Shown here piece after piece: positions 1-10,224 of a stretch of 64,000 nt of DNA (position 1 is its first letter; each line of letters begins with the position of its first letter). The position numbers and the translations under genes are program-made. The stretch comes from a virus. The DNA is taken from IMG/VR virus record IMGVR_UViG_3300037264_003921, positions 32,001 to 96,000 of that record; one strand, 5' to 3'. The notes below the pieces were generated by a model. That model saw only the letters and a program-made list of their open reading frames with translations. It was not told the DNA's origin and did no database searches.

Positions 1-2
1 TC

Positions 3-1772
3 TTTTAACTCTATTTTACCATCATATGGGTCATCTGGTAAATCAAGTACAACATCGTTACCAGAGTCTATGACAGTATCACGAATCCCCTCAAACTCTT
101 CTCTTATCATATCAGCAGCGGCGGAGCCAATGCTGTGGCAACGGTCTATATATTTATTGATTTGATTGAAACAATCATCAAATCCGTCTTCCTTCAAGAA
201 AATATGCCCGTCAGTCTTCCAAGAAAGTAGTTCTTCTTGTAGCTCAATAGCATTCATCTTCTCTATCGGTGTATAGTCCTCAACAATTGGCTTACCAGCC
301 TTTTTAGATTCAGCAGCAGCTTTAGCCATCTCTGGCGCAACAGGGGCCTCAGCCGACGCCATAGCCATATCTGGTACTAATGCTTCTTCTTCTTCACCAC
401 CTAGATCTGGCAATGGTACTGGTGTTTCATCCTGTTCCTCTTCTGGCTCAACAGCCGCTTCATCTTTGTCATCAACGCCAGGCATTCTATCAAAGCCATC
501 AAGCGTTTGAATTCTATCAATGATTGTGTCCGAGATTCCAGCAAGTAACTCTTCTGTCTGATAAATGATATCAGTCGATGGTTCCTCAGTCTCAAGAGAG
601 CCAACCATGTGTTCAATATCTTGTACTAACTGATCCTGTCCATCAATATGCTTCAACACGTTTTTAATGACTTTCAACGACACTAAATATGCTTTCGCAC
701 GTGTTGAATCAATATCATTAGCTTCTGAGAACACTCCTTCAATAAAGACATTGTATGCAGAAGCAAAATCTTTTGATTCACCAAGGGCTTGTGCATTCGC
801 GAGCATATCTGGGCTCTGCGCCTTTTGCGCTGTCTTCGTCCAGCAGTCAACGATTGTGTCTTTATTCACTTTTAAGTTAGTCTTATACATCAATGTAGCA
901 ACATCTTCAATTAAGAATGAATTGAATTCAGACTGTGTTGCAAATGTTGACTCAACAAGTTTCGTCATTCCGGCTTTATTTAATAAACAGAATTCCTGCT
1001 CCTCGCGAAGGAATTTTGCTGCAACTTCAACAGCTTCAGAGACTTTATGTTCACAAACTAAACCGGCAATGTTCACTACAAATTTCTGGAATGTTGGTGA
1101 TTCGTATGCGCTTTCTGCAATCTCCCTCATACGTCTAGCCACTATTCTACGACGGGTTATCTCGTCGACTGGCAGCGTAAATGCGTCACCAGTTTCTGTA
1201 AAAACACCACGAACAACTTGGCCTTCCAATAATTCTACCTGATCTGCAACTGCATCTGAGAAGGCCTTGATTATCTTTGGTATTTTATCTTCTTCAATGA
1301 CATCAACTGTCGTCTTAATACGATGAACGTCACCGTCCCGTGTAGTAACTAATCCACTCTCAGGAATTACACGACTGCGGAAACGTTGTAATTCAATTTT
1401 ATTGAACACTTTTTCAGCAGATTTGAAATCAGATTCAGATATTGCTTCTACAAGATCTGTACAATTTTTATCAAATAAATCGGCTTTCTTTTCCTCAACA
1501 ACATTGACTCTTTTAATATTGTCAACAATGTAACGAGGACCATCTTTCTTGATATCGCCAACATAATATTCATTTGTCTTTGTGTCTTCGAATATCAAGC
1601 TTGCCGGATGCAAAGCCGTGAGCTTAAACGCACGCTTAGCCTCCTGACCTAGACGCTTTACAACATTTTCAAAGAAAACCACTTTGCTCTGCGCGGAATT
1701 ATTAATAGCACGCAGAAAATTCCTAGCATCCATATTGACAGACGCAGGAACCTTGTTCTGTTCAGTGCCCAT
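3..1772 (-). CDS. Acidic head-associated protein (possible prohead core/scaffold), 3' end beyond left window edge
   Basis: Absent from the ORF track because no stop lies inside the window. AGGAG precedes ATG at 1772 (MGTEQNKVPASVNMDARNFLRAINN...). Frame stays open to the edge, about 590 codons, with E/D/P-rich stretches. Directly downstream of the portal. Confidence 0.6.
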   Translation of the reverse strand, partial: MGTEQNKVPASVNMDARNFLRAINNSAQSKVVFFENVVKRLGQEAKRAFKLTALHPASLIFEDTKTNEYYVGDIKKDGPRYIVDNIKRVNVVEEKKADLFDKNCTDLVEAISESDFKSAEKVFNKIELQRFRSRVIPESGLVTTRDGDVHRIKTTVDVIEEDKIPKIIKAFSDAVADQVELLEGQVVRGVFTETGDAFTLPVDEITRRRIVARRMREIAESAYESPTFQKFVVNIAGLVCEHKVSEAVEVAAKFLREEQEFCLLNKAGMTKLVESTFATQSEFNSFLIEDVATLMYKTNLKVNKDTIVDCWTKTAQKAQSPDMLANAQALGESKDFASAYNVFIEGVFSEANDIDSTRAKAYLVSLKVIKNVLKHIDGQDQLVQDIEHMVGSLETEEPSTDIIYQTEELLAGISDTIIDRIQTLDGFDRMPGVDDKDEAAVEPEEEQDETPVPLPDLGGEEEEALVPDMAMASAEAPVAPEMAKAAAESKKAGKPIVEDYTPIEKMNAIELQEELLSWKTDGHIFLKEDGFDDCFNQINKYIDRCHSIGSAAADMIREEFEGIRDTVIDSGNDVVLDLPDDPYDGKIELK

Positions 1773-1851
1773 ATCTAAAAGACTCCTATAATAGTATTCA
1801 TCAATCTTCGTACTATTTTTGTTTCAGATATGTCAATTGATTGACATTAAA

Positions 1852-4800
1852 TTACAACGGTATATCAGCTGTTGTAATATCATCAGAAGGGCCTTTAGTA
1901 GTAGTACCTTCAGTTATGATTAATTTTACTGCATCTATTGCTGCTTTATGTTCTTCTTCTGAAATAGTTCTCTTAACTAACACATCAGACTGATTGGTCG
2001 GGCTTGGCAGATTGTCCAACTCCCCAGCATTCAATAAATACTCAAATGGGCTATTATATTGAACCGGGCTATCATTTTTATTGGCAGTAGTTTGCTTATT
2101 GTATTCCATAAGCACTTCTTTTTCAAGTTTATAGTCATATCCCTCAATCGGAAGCATATCTAATTCTTCTTCTGCAGATAAAGGTTCCCCAAGACCTAAC
2201 TCTTCAGGTTCTCCAAGACCTGGTTCTTCAGGTCCACCCAATCCAGGAAGTCCAGCAGGTCCAGGTAAAGGCAGTAAGCTCGGCTTATTGCCACCTCCGC
2301 CTCCTCCACCACCGCCTCCACCACTTTTTGGGGCGCTGGCATTCTGTTCAGCCTCTTTCTGCATCTGTTCAATTTCATCATCTGTCATGTTGCTAAACCG
2401 TTGCAGAATCCATTTATCTGGGAATAATTCAGTCCCCTTTAATTGATCTATAACATCGGCGCGCGAAGCCCATGTCTCTATTCTATATAATTCATCAATC
2501 GCGCTCGATGCAGTCATCCACAAATCAAACCCTCTAATTTCATCTGCTGAGAATCCACGCAATGCAAGATGAATAATCGCAACCTTCTTCAAGCCGATAG
2601 CAACTTCACGTTGAATCCATTGAACTGCTTTTGCGAATTCAGGTGCTACCTTAGACAGTGGCTCTGAATTACCTTCAGATGGTTCTCCAATACCAACACG
2701 TGAAAACGGTATTTTTAGTGCCGACACCATTTTCTTCTTGAAATATTCAATATCGGCAATCTGATCAAGATTTTCAGCCCCTGGCAGAGTATCAACTTCT
2801 GGACCAGTACCATCAGCTCTTTTTGGTAGCCATATATCATCCTCTTGGATGAGTGGAGACCAGCGTTCGTTAACATCGCCGCTGGCAGGATCGAATACTT
2901 TATGCTTTTTAAACTCGCGAGCTATAAGTTGGATATATTGTGGAACTTCCTTTGGGGGGATGTTTCCTACAGGGATCTTAAAGACGCGCTTTTCTGGAGC
3001 TCGCGTGTTTGCTAGCGGAATCCCATTCGCTATAAAATTATGCACCTCATCTTCAACTGTGATATCGTAGATATCATCTACTTCTATTTCTTCGACACCT
3101 AAAATTCTTTCATGTAATGGCGCTTCTTTCTTAGTGAAATAGAAAGCCCAGCATATGGTAGCAGGCATCGTACGACCTGTTTCATGATCAATAACATGGC
3201 CACCAAGCTTCTCTATTTTCCTAACCAATCCAGCAGTCCACCCAATTCTGTGAATTAATTCTTTTAAGTCTTCTATTAAACTCTGATTGCATGATTCTAC
3301 TTCATGGCCTTCAGTTTTGCCGTTTCTATACATGCGTCGCCATCCATCACCGTCAATATATCCGTCAATAAATGCTTCTTGAACATTACGCGGCGACGTA
3401 TAGACCCATGCTGGAATACGTTTATTAGCAGCACCTGGTATAAAACCATTTAATTTCATGAATTCTACAAACTTCTTAGAATAGACAAAATATGCTCCCA
3501 ATCGATGTCCATCATCTCGACCAAATGACACTGATCTAGTTATTTTTTCGAATAAAATCTTGTATTTATCATTAATTTCTTTATCATCACCAAGTGCAAA
3601 ACCAACTTCATGAGTACATCCAGTAGCGTGTTTTCTCTCAGACACAAATCCATCAGCAATCATAAATCCAAACCACTGCGCGAAATCTTCGTCTGCTACC
3701 TCAGGAAGATCATATTCATGAACGACATCACCACGATCATCATAGCTCCAATTGTCTCTGATTTCTAATAAGTTCTTATTGACACCAACTGTCTCACAAA
3801 TAACATCAGCATTCTTCAATGTCGCCCAATGATTACCACGTAAGAATCGATCTGAAGCCCTTTTTGAAATTCTTAACACACCAGCATCACTCCAAGACAA
3901 TGTACCAGCTCCAACTAATCCCGGCAGTCTAGCATATTTCTCAATCTCTGGCTTTTGGAGTTTGACATACTCTTTGTTATCAAGCCTTGGTAAGATGAAT
4001 CTATGACAATAATTCTTAGCAACAGTGTTGTCTAAAGCCTTTAAATCTTGCACATCAACAAACTTCTCACGATCATAATACCATTTACCATCTTTTTTAT
4101 ATGGATCTACTACCAAAATTGGGTGTGTCTTGTTGGCAAAAATTTCACGATGCTGTGAATAAATGCGATATATTTTATCCTTGCCATTATGCATCCAATT
4201 GACTACTTTGGTCTCACTCAATTTGCCATCACGACCATAACAATATATTGCATCACCGATCTTTAAATCCTTGATTTGTGTATGTCCACCTGGTGTCCAA
4301 ACACGGCTGTCTCCACGAAGACATAATCTATATATCAAAGCAGCATCTTCCATCAATCTAAGCTGTTTGAAATGTTTACGTGTACCATCCAAGATCGAGT
4401 TATGAACAACAACACCATCAGCTATGAAATTAGATGCATGATGGGCTACTTGTATGTCTGCCGTTGGACGTTTACCAATCTGCTCTATTGAAGTGATTGG
4501 CTCGAAGATTACATCTGTCCCAAATTTTGCAGACTCTTTTTTGCGAGCATTATATCCACGAGATCCACTTTTCCTTTGTACATGCCCACCAGCAGATCCA
4601 AATATGTCCGATTTATAGAAATATAATAACCATGAGTCTGATCGTTGATACTCTTTACCGTGGAAGACTACTCTATCATCTTGCCTAACCCGCTTTTCTG
4701 CATGCCCAGCTTTCCAACCTATTAAATGTAACAAAGCTTTAACATCTTTAATAAGTTCATAGTTACTTAATTCTAACTGATATCGATCGCAATCCCATTC

Positions 4801-6180
4801 ATCACGATTGACAGATCCATCACTATCAATTAAACCATCTATAAATGCAATCTGAACGGACTTTGGGCTATTATAAATCCACGCAGGAATGCGTTTATTA
4901 TGTGACCCCTGAATAAATCCACATTTAGATTCTAAGAAATTTGCTAGTTCTTTAGAACAAGTATTTGTCTGATCTTCAACTAATATGCTATGCGAGCCAC
5001 AGTTTTTATATGATGTCACCTTATTTGGGCTATATTCAGACAACAACTCTTTATAATAAGTGTTAGTATCATCATAGATGCCATTAGCAAACGTCACACC
5101 GACATTTTTGCCATTAGCCCGCTTCAGCCATCCATCACCAATCAAGAACCCAAACAATTTCGCGAAATTTTCATCAGCAATTACTTGTTTGTCACAAAGC
5201 TTGCCAAGCAATTGATGTTCTTTATTGGCGGTCGGCCTAGGAATGACCAGTTCGTCTCCAGCTTTAAGTTCATCGGCCCGTTTATAAACTAAATCCGCAA
5301 ACCATTTCTGGCCAAATTTAAATGATTTTTTAGACCATTCTCTGACTAAGACAGGATGATTACCACTGCAATTATTTTCATAATGTCTTGTACTGATTTT
5401 GAATATTTCTTTTTCTCCACTATGACAAGTGGCAGTTACTTTAGATGCAATTAGTTTGTTGTCATCAAATACAAAAACATCATCTCCAGCCTTAAAGTCT
5501 TCAATATTCTTGTATCCATGTGGAGTAAGGATTTTGGCACCAAACTCGCAACAACGGCCATATGGGTGATATATGTTTTCATAACTTGTCAATCTTAGAT
5601 GCATCACCTGCCATGGATGCATGAATGTCGGCTGTGATGCCATCTCATCCTGATAAAAGAACCCAACCAGATCGCCATGTTTTGTCTCAACCCTTGTAAA
5701 ATTATAGACATTCATATGCCGTATCGAGGCTATTCCATTCCGATTCTGTGTTGTGACAATTTCGGCAGGAAAGTCACCATATTTGCATAGATATCTGATC
5801 ATCGGCCGCAAAGAATTATCCACCATCAATGTATTATAAAATAAATCCTCGAGTTCCTTTTTAACACGTAGAGATTTAGATTTTATCAATAGGCTATGGT
5901 GTATCTCAGGATCTATTAAACTAGATTCATCAGCATACATGTCAAGAGCTAATGATATTTCACCAACTTGATCCTCTTGATCGAAATCCTTATATCTCTC
6001 TAATCTATTAATCTGTAAGTTAGTCTGTTCCAGCAATGAACTCTGCGTAGAGAAGTTCATGAACTCGCCAGCGGCTGATATCCTAGCAAGAGACGATTGG
6101 TCCTGGAATAGATTCTCAGAACGATATATATTGGCGGCCTTGAAAAATGCCGCTAATCTGTCAAATAGTTGCCAACTCAT
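1852..6180 (-). CDS. Portal protein (T4 gp20-like) containing two inteins; spliced product about 618 aa
   Basis: Joined exteins read PYGR|SILDGTRKHFKQLRLMEDAALIYRL|TRAPEKRVFKIPVGN, followed by EDDIWLP...VDTLPGAENLDQIADIEYFKKK..ALKIP, all hallmark gp20 motifs. Confidence 0.93.
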   Translation of the reverse strand: MSWQLFDRLAAFFKAANIYRSENLFQDQSSLARISAAGEFMNFSTQSSLLEQTNLQINRLERYKDFDQEDQVGEISLALDMYADESSLIDPEIHHSLLIKSKSLRVKKELEDLFYNTLMVDNSLRPMIRYLCKYGDFPAEIVTTQNRNGIASIRHMNVYNFTRVETKHGDLVGFFYQDEMASQPTFMHPWQVMHLRLTSYENIYHPYGRCCEFGAKILTPHGYKNIEDFKAGDDVFVFDDNKLIASKVTATCHSGEKEIFKISTRHYENNCSGNHPVLVREWSKKSFKFGQKWFADLVYKRADELKAGDELVIPRPTANKEHQLLGKLCDKQVIADENFAKLFGFLIGDGWLKRANGKNVGVTFANGIYDDTNTYYKELLSEYSPNKVTSYKNCGSHSILVEDQTNTCSKELANFLESKCGFIQGSHNKRIPAWIYNSPKSVQIAFIDGLIDSDGSVNRDEWDCDRYQLELSNYELIKDVKALLHLIGWKAGHAEKRVRQDDRVVFHGKEYQRSDSWLLYFYKSDIFGSAGGHVQRKSGSRGYNARKKESAKFGTDVIFEPITSIEQIGKRPTADIQVAHHASNFIADGVVVHNSILDGTRKHFKQLRLMEDAALIYRLCLRGDSRVWTPGGHTQIKDLKIGDAIYCYGRDGKLSETKVVNWMHNGKDKIYRIYSQHREIFANKTHPILVVDPYKKDGKWYYDREKFVDVQDLKALDNTVAKNYCHRFILPRLDNKEYVKLQKPEIEKYARLPGLVGAGTLSWSDAGVLRISKRASDRFLRGNHWATLKNADVICETVGVNKNLLEIRDNWSYDDRGDVVHEYDLPEVADEDFAQWFGFMIADGFVSERKHATGCTHEVGFALGDDKEINDKYKILFEKITRSVSFGRDDGHRLGAYFVYSKKFVEFMKLNGFIPGAANKRIPAWVYTSPRNVQEAFIDGYIDGDGWRRMYRNGKTEGHEVESCNQSLIEDLKELIHRIGWTAGLVRKIEKLGGHVIDHETGRTMPATICWAFYFTKKEAPLHERILGVEEIEVDDIYDITVEDEVHNFIANGIPLANTRAPEKRVFKIPVGNIPPKEVPQYIQLIAREFKKHKVFDPASGDVNERWSPLIQEDDIWLPKRADGTGPEVDTLPGAENLDQIADIEYFKKKMVSALKIPFSRVGIGEPSEGNSEPLSKVAPEFAKAVQWIQREVAIGLKKVAIIHLALRGFSADEIRGFDLWMTASSAIDELYRIETWASRADVIDQLKGTELFPDKWILQRFSNMTDDEIEQMQKEAEQNASAPKSGGGGGGGGGGGNKPSLLPLPGPAGLPGLGGPEEPGLGEPEELGLGEPLSAEEELDMLPIEGYDYKLEKEVLMEYNKQTTANKNDSPVQYNSPFEYLLNAGELDNLPSPTNQSDVLVKRTISEEEHKAAIDAVKLIITEGTTTKGPSDDITTADIPL
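3007..4323 (-). mobile_element. Intein 2 in portal, 439 aa, with LAGLIDADG homing endonuclease
   Basis: Starts CLRGDSRVWTPGG, block B ANKTHPIL, ends NFIANGIPLAN before Thr. Blocks WFGFMIADG and FIDGYIDGDG. Confidence 0.9.
4399..5553 (-). mobile_element. Intein 1 in portal, 385 aa, with LAGLIDADG homing endonuclease
   Basis: Starts CCEFGAKILTPHG, ends NFIADGVVVHN before Ser. LAGLIDADG-like blocks LFGFLIGDG and FIDGLIDSDG. Confidence 0.92.
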
Positions 6181-6217
6181 ACTTTATATATCTTCAACTC
6201 GATAATAGTAGTTTAAA

Positions 6218-8056
6218 TTATTTACGACGATATCTTATTGCATGTTTTTGTGGGACTACCATCTCACCCATTGCTCTAGCGCCAAGCTGATTTGTAAATT
6301 TCGCCAACTCTTGTGAAATTGTTAATTGTTTATTGTCATTTGATGCCACTGTCACAGGCATTAACAATCCATTAGCAGCGGCATATCCCTGTAGTTTTTG
6401 GTTGACATCAGGATCATGTAATTCAGGTCTAATCTCGACAGACCTGATCGGAATCAATCCTCCATCGGTAGGCGTAGAATGATTCATACCAATAAATACC
6501 AATGCCAATGCCATCACAAGATCGTCGGTGTTACCTTTACCAGGCTCGGCACCGGTTCGACCACCTTTTAAATGAACATATATAGACAATTCTTTATACA
6601 AACGCGATGATTTCAAAATAAAACCATCTTCACCAACATTGTCAGTCAATGTTTTATTCAACATTGGCTTTGTGGTGGTACTAGTATTAAAGCCAATATC
6701 CCCATATTTGCTCTCTTTATAGTACGAATTCTTTTTTGGACGTCTATATAAGTTCTGGTACATTAAATTTTCAAATAATTCTTGACATATTGTAACACCT
6801 ATGCCTGTACGCTCAACCACCATGAATGCATTGTTATACCATCTACCAATATAGTCAGCCATCGTAGCAAATACACGTGGCAGCACCTTAATCTGTAATT
6901 CAGCTACTTGTTCCTGCTCAGTAACATCCATCACTTCTATGGTGGAATAGTCATTAGCGTCACCACTCGACGTATCAACACCAACACAATATGTGTGTGG
7001 CGTAGCACCTCTAACCGGTAATTTCCATACCCATAGTCTATTCTCGAAGTCCAATATAGCTCGTTCATTTGTTGATGGATTGACGTAGTCTACCTTACTA
7101 ACAGTCTTATGTTCATTATTATGTTGATATATTGACGACTGGGTATGCAACAATGCTTGTCTGCTCAATACAGTATTGCCAGTACCCAAGAACTCTGCTA
7201 ACACTTCTTGTCTATACTTAGATGAATCACCCCTCTGCGTAAGCTGCCTATACTGATCCTCTAGCCATTTGCTCCAATATGGCCCATATTTCTCCACATC
7301 TTCAGGTGTTTCACATTTACGTATGCCAGCTGTTGGTGCTATCAATACGTCCTTCCCAGACAATTCATCAACAAATGACAACTTCCAATCCATGTCCCAC
7401 CAATTGATTGTGATTGGTTTGAAGTCATTAAGATTAGATTCTGCATCAGTCCATGTCTGCCAATACCAGTTTCCGATGCCTTTAACTGTGCTGATGACAA
7501 TGCAGTTACCACCATGTTGCAGAGTAGATGCGCCAGCCGACCACATCTGATCCATGTCAGGTATGAATGCAGCTTCGTCAATGATGTTAAGTGATGAAGC
7601 ATGTGAACGCAAAGTGTCTTTAGACGATGTTAAACTTATAATTCGTGATCCATTGCCAAATCCTACTTCATGCTCATTGTCAATTGTACGTGGCCATAAT
7701 TCTCTCATCCAATCTGGTAAATTGTCATGGATCGTCTTAACGTTCTTACGCAAAAAATCCATCGCATCTAAATCTCGCTTAGACACTATTAAGATCGTTT
7801 TTTGATTAAAAAACATTGCATACCACAATGCAAAGCTCCCTGAAACAGTAGAGATCCCTGACTGGCGTGTCTTCTTGAAAATAGTAAATCTATGTTTAAG
7901 GAATTCAGACAGGCATCGCTGCTGATACGAAAACAACTTAAACGGTATAATCCCAAGTTTAGGATGCTGAATTTTTCCAAATGAATTTAGGAAGAAAGAT
8001 GGACTACGCTGACAGCGTTGTATTATTTTCTTTGTTGTTGCGTCTATTCTAGGCAT
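6218..8056 (-). CDS. Terminase large subunit (T4 gp17-like)
   Basis: Q-motif LFSYQ, Walker A KTRQSGIST, Walker B IIDEAAF, nuclease motifs VGVDTSSG and DDLVMALA. Adjacent to portal. Confidence 0.93.
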   Translation of the reverse strand: MPRIDATTKKIIQRCQRSPSFFLNSFGKIQHPKLGIIPFKLFSYQQRCLSEFLKHRFTIFKKTRQSGISTVSGSFALWYAMFFNQKTILIVSKRDLDAMDFLRKNVKTIHDNLPDWMRELWPRTIDNEHEVGFGNGSRIISLTSSKDTLRSHASSLNIIDEAAFIPDMDQMWSAGASTLQHGGNCIVISTVKGIGNWYWQTWTDAESNLNDFKPITINWWDMDWKLSFVDELSGKDVLIAPTAGIRKCETPEDVEKYGPYWSKWLEDQYRQLTQRGDSSKYRQEVLAEFLGTGNTVLSRQALLHTQSSIYQHNNEHKTVSKVDYVNPSTNERAILDFENRLWVWKLPVRGATPHTYCVGVDTSSGDANDYSTIEVMDVTEQEQVAELQIKVLPRVFATMADYIGRWYNNAFMVVERTGIGVTICQELFENLMYQNLYRRPKKNSYYKESKYGDIGFNTSTTTKPMLNKTLTDNVGEDGFILKSSRLYKELSIYVHLKGGRTGAEPGKGNTDDLVMALALVFIGMNHSTPTDGGLIPIRSVEIRPELHDPDVNQKLQGYAAANGLLMPVTVASNDNKQLTISQELAKFTNQLGARAMGEMVVPQKHAIRYRRK

Positions 8057-8577
8057 TAGGTGGTGGATTCGTCAAGGAATTCAGGAGTTTTTAATAATTC
8101 AGCAAGGGCATCATTCGGCGTTATAGTATTATTTTGCATAAATATTTGAGTGCCCTTGCCAGCAGCCAGCAGTTTAGCAAGAGAGTCTAAGACTTTTACA
8201 GCATTTGTACTCGTCTCAGCTTTTGTGCGTAATGCAGCCACAAGCATTTCAACATATACACGAGGTGTTTGTGGCCCAAGTTGAACAGCATTGTATAAGA
8301 AAGAGATAGTGTCCTCTATTTGGTCACGGTCTGATCGATAGTTTCTGAGAATTTCATTTGCTGTATCTTTAAACCTATTAACTAAATCACGTATTTCATC
8401 AGTGTCTTCTGCTACATCATGTGTAACAGATACGGGCTTGCTGATATTAGTCTCAATTTCTGCTACGTCATGCGTAACAGGCACAGACTCATTGGTCTCA
8501 GCACCACCACTTACCAATGGATCAACAACATCACTTAATATATCTTTAAGATCTTCATTGTCCATTTTACATCCCAT
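8056..8577 (-). CDS. Hypothetical helical protein, possible terminase small subunit
   Basis: Overlaps the terL start. RVYVEMLVAALRTKAETSTNAVK resembles gp16-type helices. Evidence is mostly positional. Confidence 0.4.
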   Translation of the reverse strand: MGCKMDNEDLKDILSDVVDPLVSGGAETNESVPVTHDVAEIETNISKPVSVTHDVAEDTDEIRDLVNRFKDTANEILRNYRSDRDQIEDTISFLYNAVQLGPQTPRVYVEMLVAALRTKAETSTNAVKVLDSLAKLLAAGKGTQIFMQNNTITPNDALAELLKTPEFLDESTT

Positions 8578-9400
8578 TAAAATAATCTATCGATTCTTTA
8601 GCAACAGAATTCCTTAATAGTTCTCTAACACTATACAACCAGTCGAAATTTAAATTCATTGACTTATTGTTGTACAGCAATAGGTCATTTGCACATGAAA
8701 AACGATCATCAACAATCGTTATCATTCCATTTGAAACACCATTGTCACATTTCTGCCAGCCATTCATAGACATAGCCATCAACGTATCGATTGATTCATA
8801 TAGTAGTGCTTTATCTGCAATATTCTTAAAATCTTCCTCTTTGATTGTTTTTCCATTGTTGGTAGCATAGAAAGAGAATGCTTCATCAACTTCTGGCTTC
8901 GGCTGATGTCTAGATGCACGTTTCAACTTAGCCAATACTCTCTTAGCCGGGCTAGAACGACGATATCTATCACTCCCACGCATATGTTGTTTAGAACGTG
9001 GAGTCATATGCTTCCTAATGGCACGTTCTATAGAATTGTCATGCGATAATGGAGAGATTCCCTCATCAAATTGAGACAACGTATTGGATATATTGGTACT
9101 GCCTCTAGATTCTGTATCAATTCCATACAGTCCAAGCAATGTAATCTCTTCTTCCCAAGATCCTTTCCCCTTACGAACAAGATCTACTAATAATTGTATG
9201 ATGTTGTCATAAACGTCATTGTATGATGAATCAGATATGTCAATTTCCGACACAAAACTAGGGTCGCCATTTAGCATTTCATATGCCCCATGTATCTTAA
9301 CATCATCTATAATGACGTCTATAACGCCATGAGGCAACCCTATACCTACATATGCCCTATTCTGCACCTGGATCTTAGTCGATTTCTTCTTCTTCTCCAT
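8567..9400 (-). CDS. Hypothetical protein
   Basis: 277-aa ORF coupled to neighbours, with a basic patch RYRRSSPAKRVLAKLKR. Confidence 0.6.
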   Translation of the reverse strand: MEKKKKSTKIQVQNRAYVGIGLPHGVIDVIIDDVKIHGAYEMLNGDPSFVSEIDISDSSYNDVYDNIIQLLVDLVRKGKGSWEEEITLLGLYGIDTESRGSTNISNTLSQFDEGISPLSHDNSIERAIRKHMTPRSKQHMRGSDRYRRSSPAKRVLAKLKRASRHQPKPEVDEAFSFYATNNGKTIKEEDFKNIADKALLYESIDTLMAMSMNGWQKCDNGVSNGMITIVDDRFSCANDLLLYNNKSMNLNFDWLYSVRELLRNSVAKESIDYFNGM

Positions 9401-10136
9401 CTGAGTCCTTTTTAGATCCTCTTGGAAGTTTGGCTGGCTCCTGGTTAACTGGTGAATCTGTAAATTCGAAACTCCTTAATCTCATTTGCTTCAAGAATCC
9501 AGTCACCCGCTGACGAGATAATCCGCTGAGCTTTACAAGCTTACCAATTAGACCATCATATGGTTTTTCATCTTCCTGATATAACTTTTCCAGAGACTGT
9601 ATAATAGTTAACCCACAATCATCATATTTGCTCATATTATTGGCTTCTTTGATAAATCTGTCAAAAGCTGCACTATGTGGTTTAAACCTACACGTCAGAT
9701 GCCCTTTATATGTGCCATAATTCTTCTTATCACGCATTTCACGCTTGATGTGAGCTAATATTACGGTCTTGGCCACCTGACTCCAAAAATTAAACACTTT
9801 TGTATGTCCAGGGCTTGAATCAAATTTGTAAAGTACTTTTTCAATTTGACACCATCCAACCTGTATCAAATCCCCAAAACTAGATGGATCGTGACCTGGA
9901 TATATGTTATGGAAATTATGCGTCCTGATTATTTGACGCAATAATTCCATTGCATGTGACATAATCTCATCACGTAATACAACATCTGTGCATCCACCCT
10001 TAACATATTTAGTTAGCCTGTCTTCAACAAGAGCATTGTTGAAATAATAATTCTTCTCTTTTGCTTCGGCCTCTAAATCCACCACATTAGCTTGTTCGGC
10101 TACAACTTTAGATTTGTTTATCAGTTTTTTAGCCAT
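9375..10136 (-). CDS. Late-transcription sigma factor (T4 gp55-like)
   Basis: YYFNN start and KFD...VFNFWSQVAKTVILAHIKRE parallel the gp55 pattern HYVNN...NFD...FAYFTQI...RRIxKE. Confidence 0.7.
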   Translation of the reverse strand: MAKKLINKSKVVAEQANVVDLEAEAKEKNYYFNNALVEDRLTKYVKGGCTDVVLRDEIMSHAMELLRQIIRTHNFHNIYPGHDPSSFGDLIQVGWCQIEKVLYKFDSSPGHTKVFNFWSQVAKTVILAHIKREMRDKKNYGTYKGHLTCRFKPHSAAFDRFIKEANNMSKYDDCGLTIIQSLEKLYQEDEKPYDGLIGKLVKLSGLSRQRVTGFLKQMRLRSFEFTDSPVNQEPAKLPRGSKKDSDGEEEEID

Positions 10137-10224
10137 ATATTAGTTTCTTTATTTTATCAATTACTTAGCGATGATATTATACTTTCTTTAAAAACACCAA
10201 TCTTATCACATAATGAAGTCATTA

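Noticed and set aside
2180-2325. GGT/GGA runs and GLGEPEE repeats in the portal tail; similar GC-rich runs at about 19.9 kb and 62.1 kb
   Set aside because: Low-complexity Gly/Pro coding linkers, not foreign inserts or DNA-level elements.
9735-9773. DGR template/variable repeat pair
   Set aside because: Only 39 bp, no adenine-specific mismatches and no reverse transcriptase in the window.
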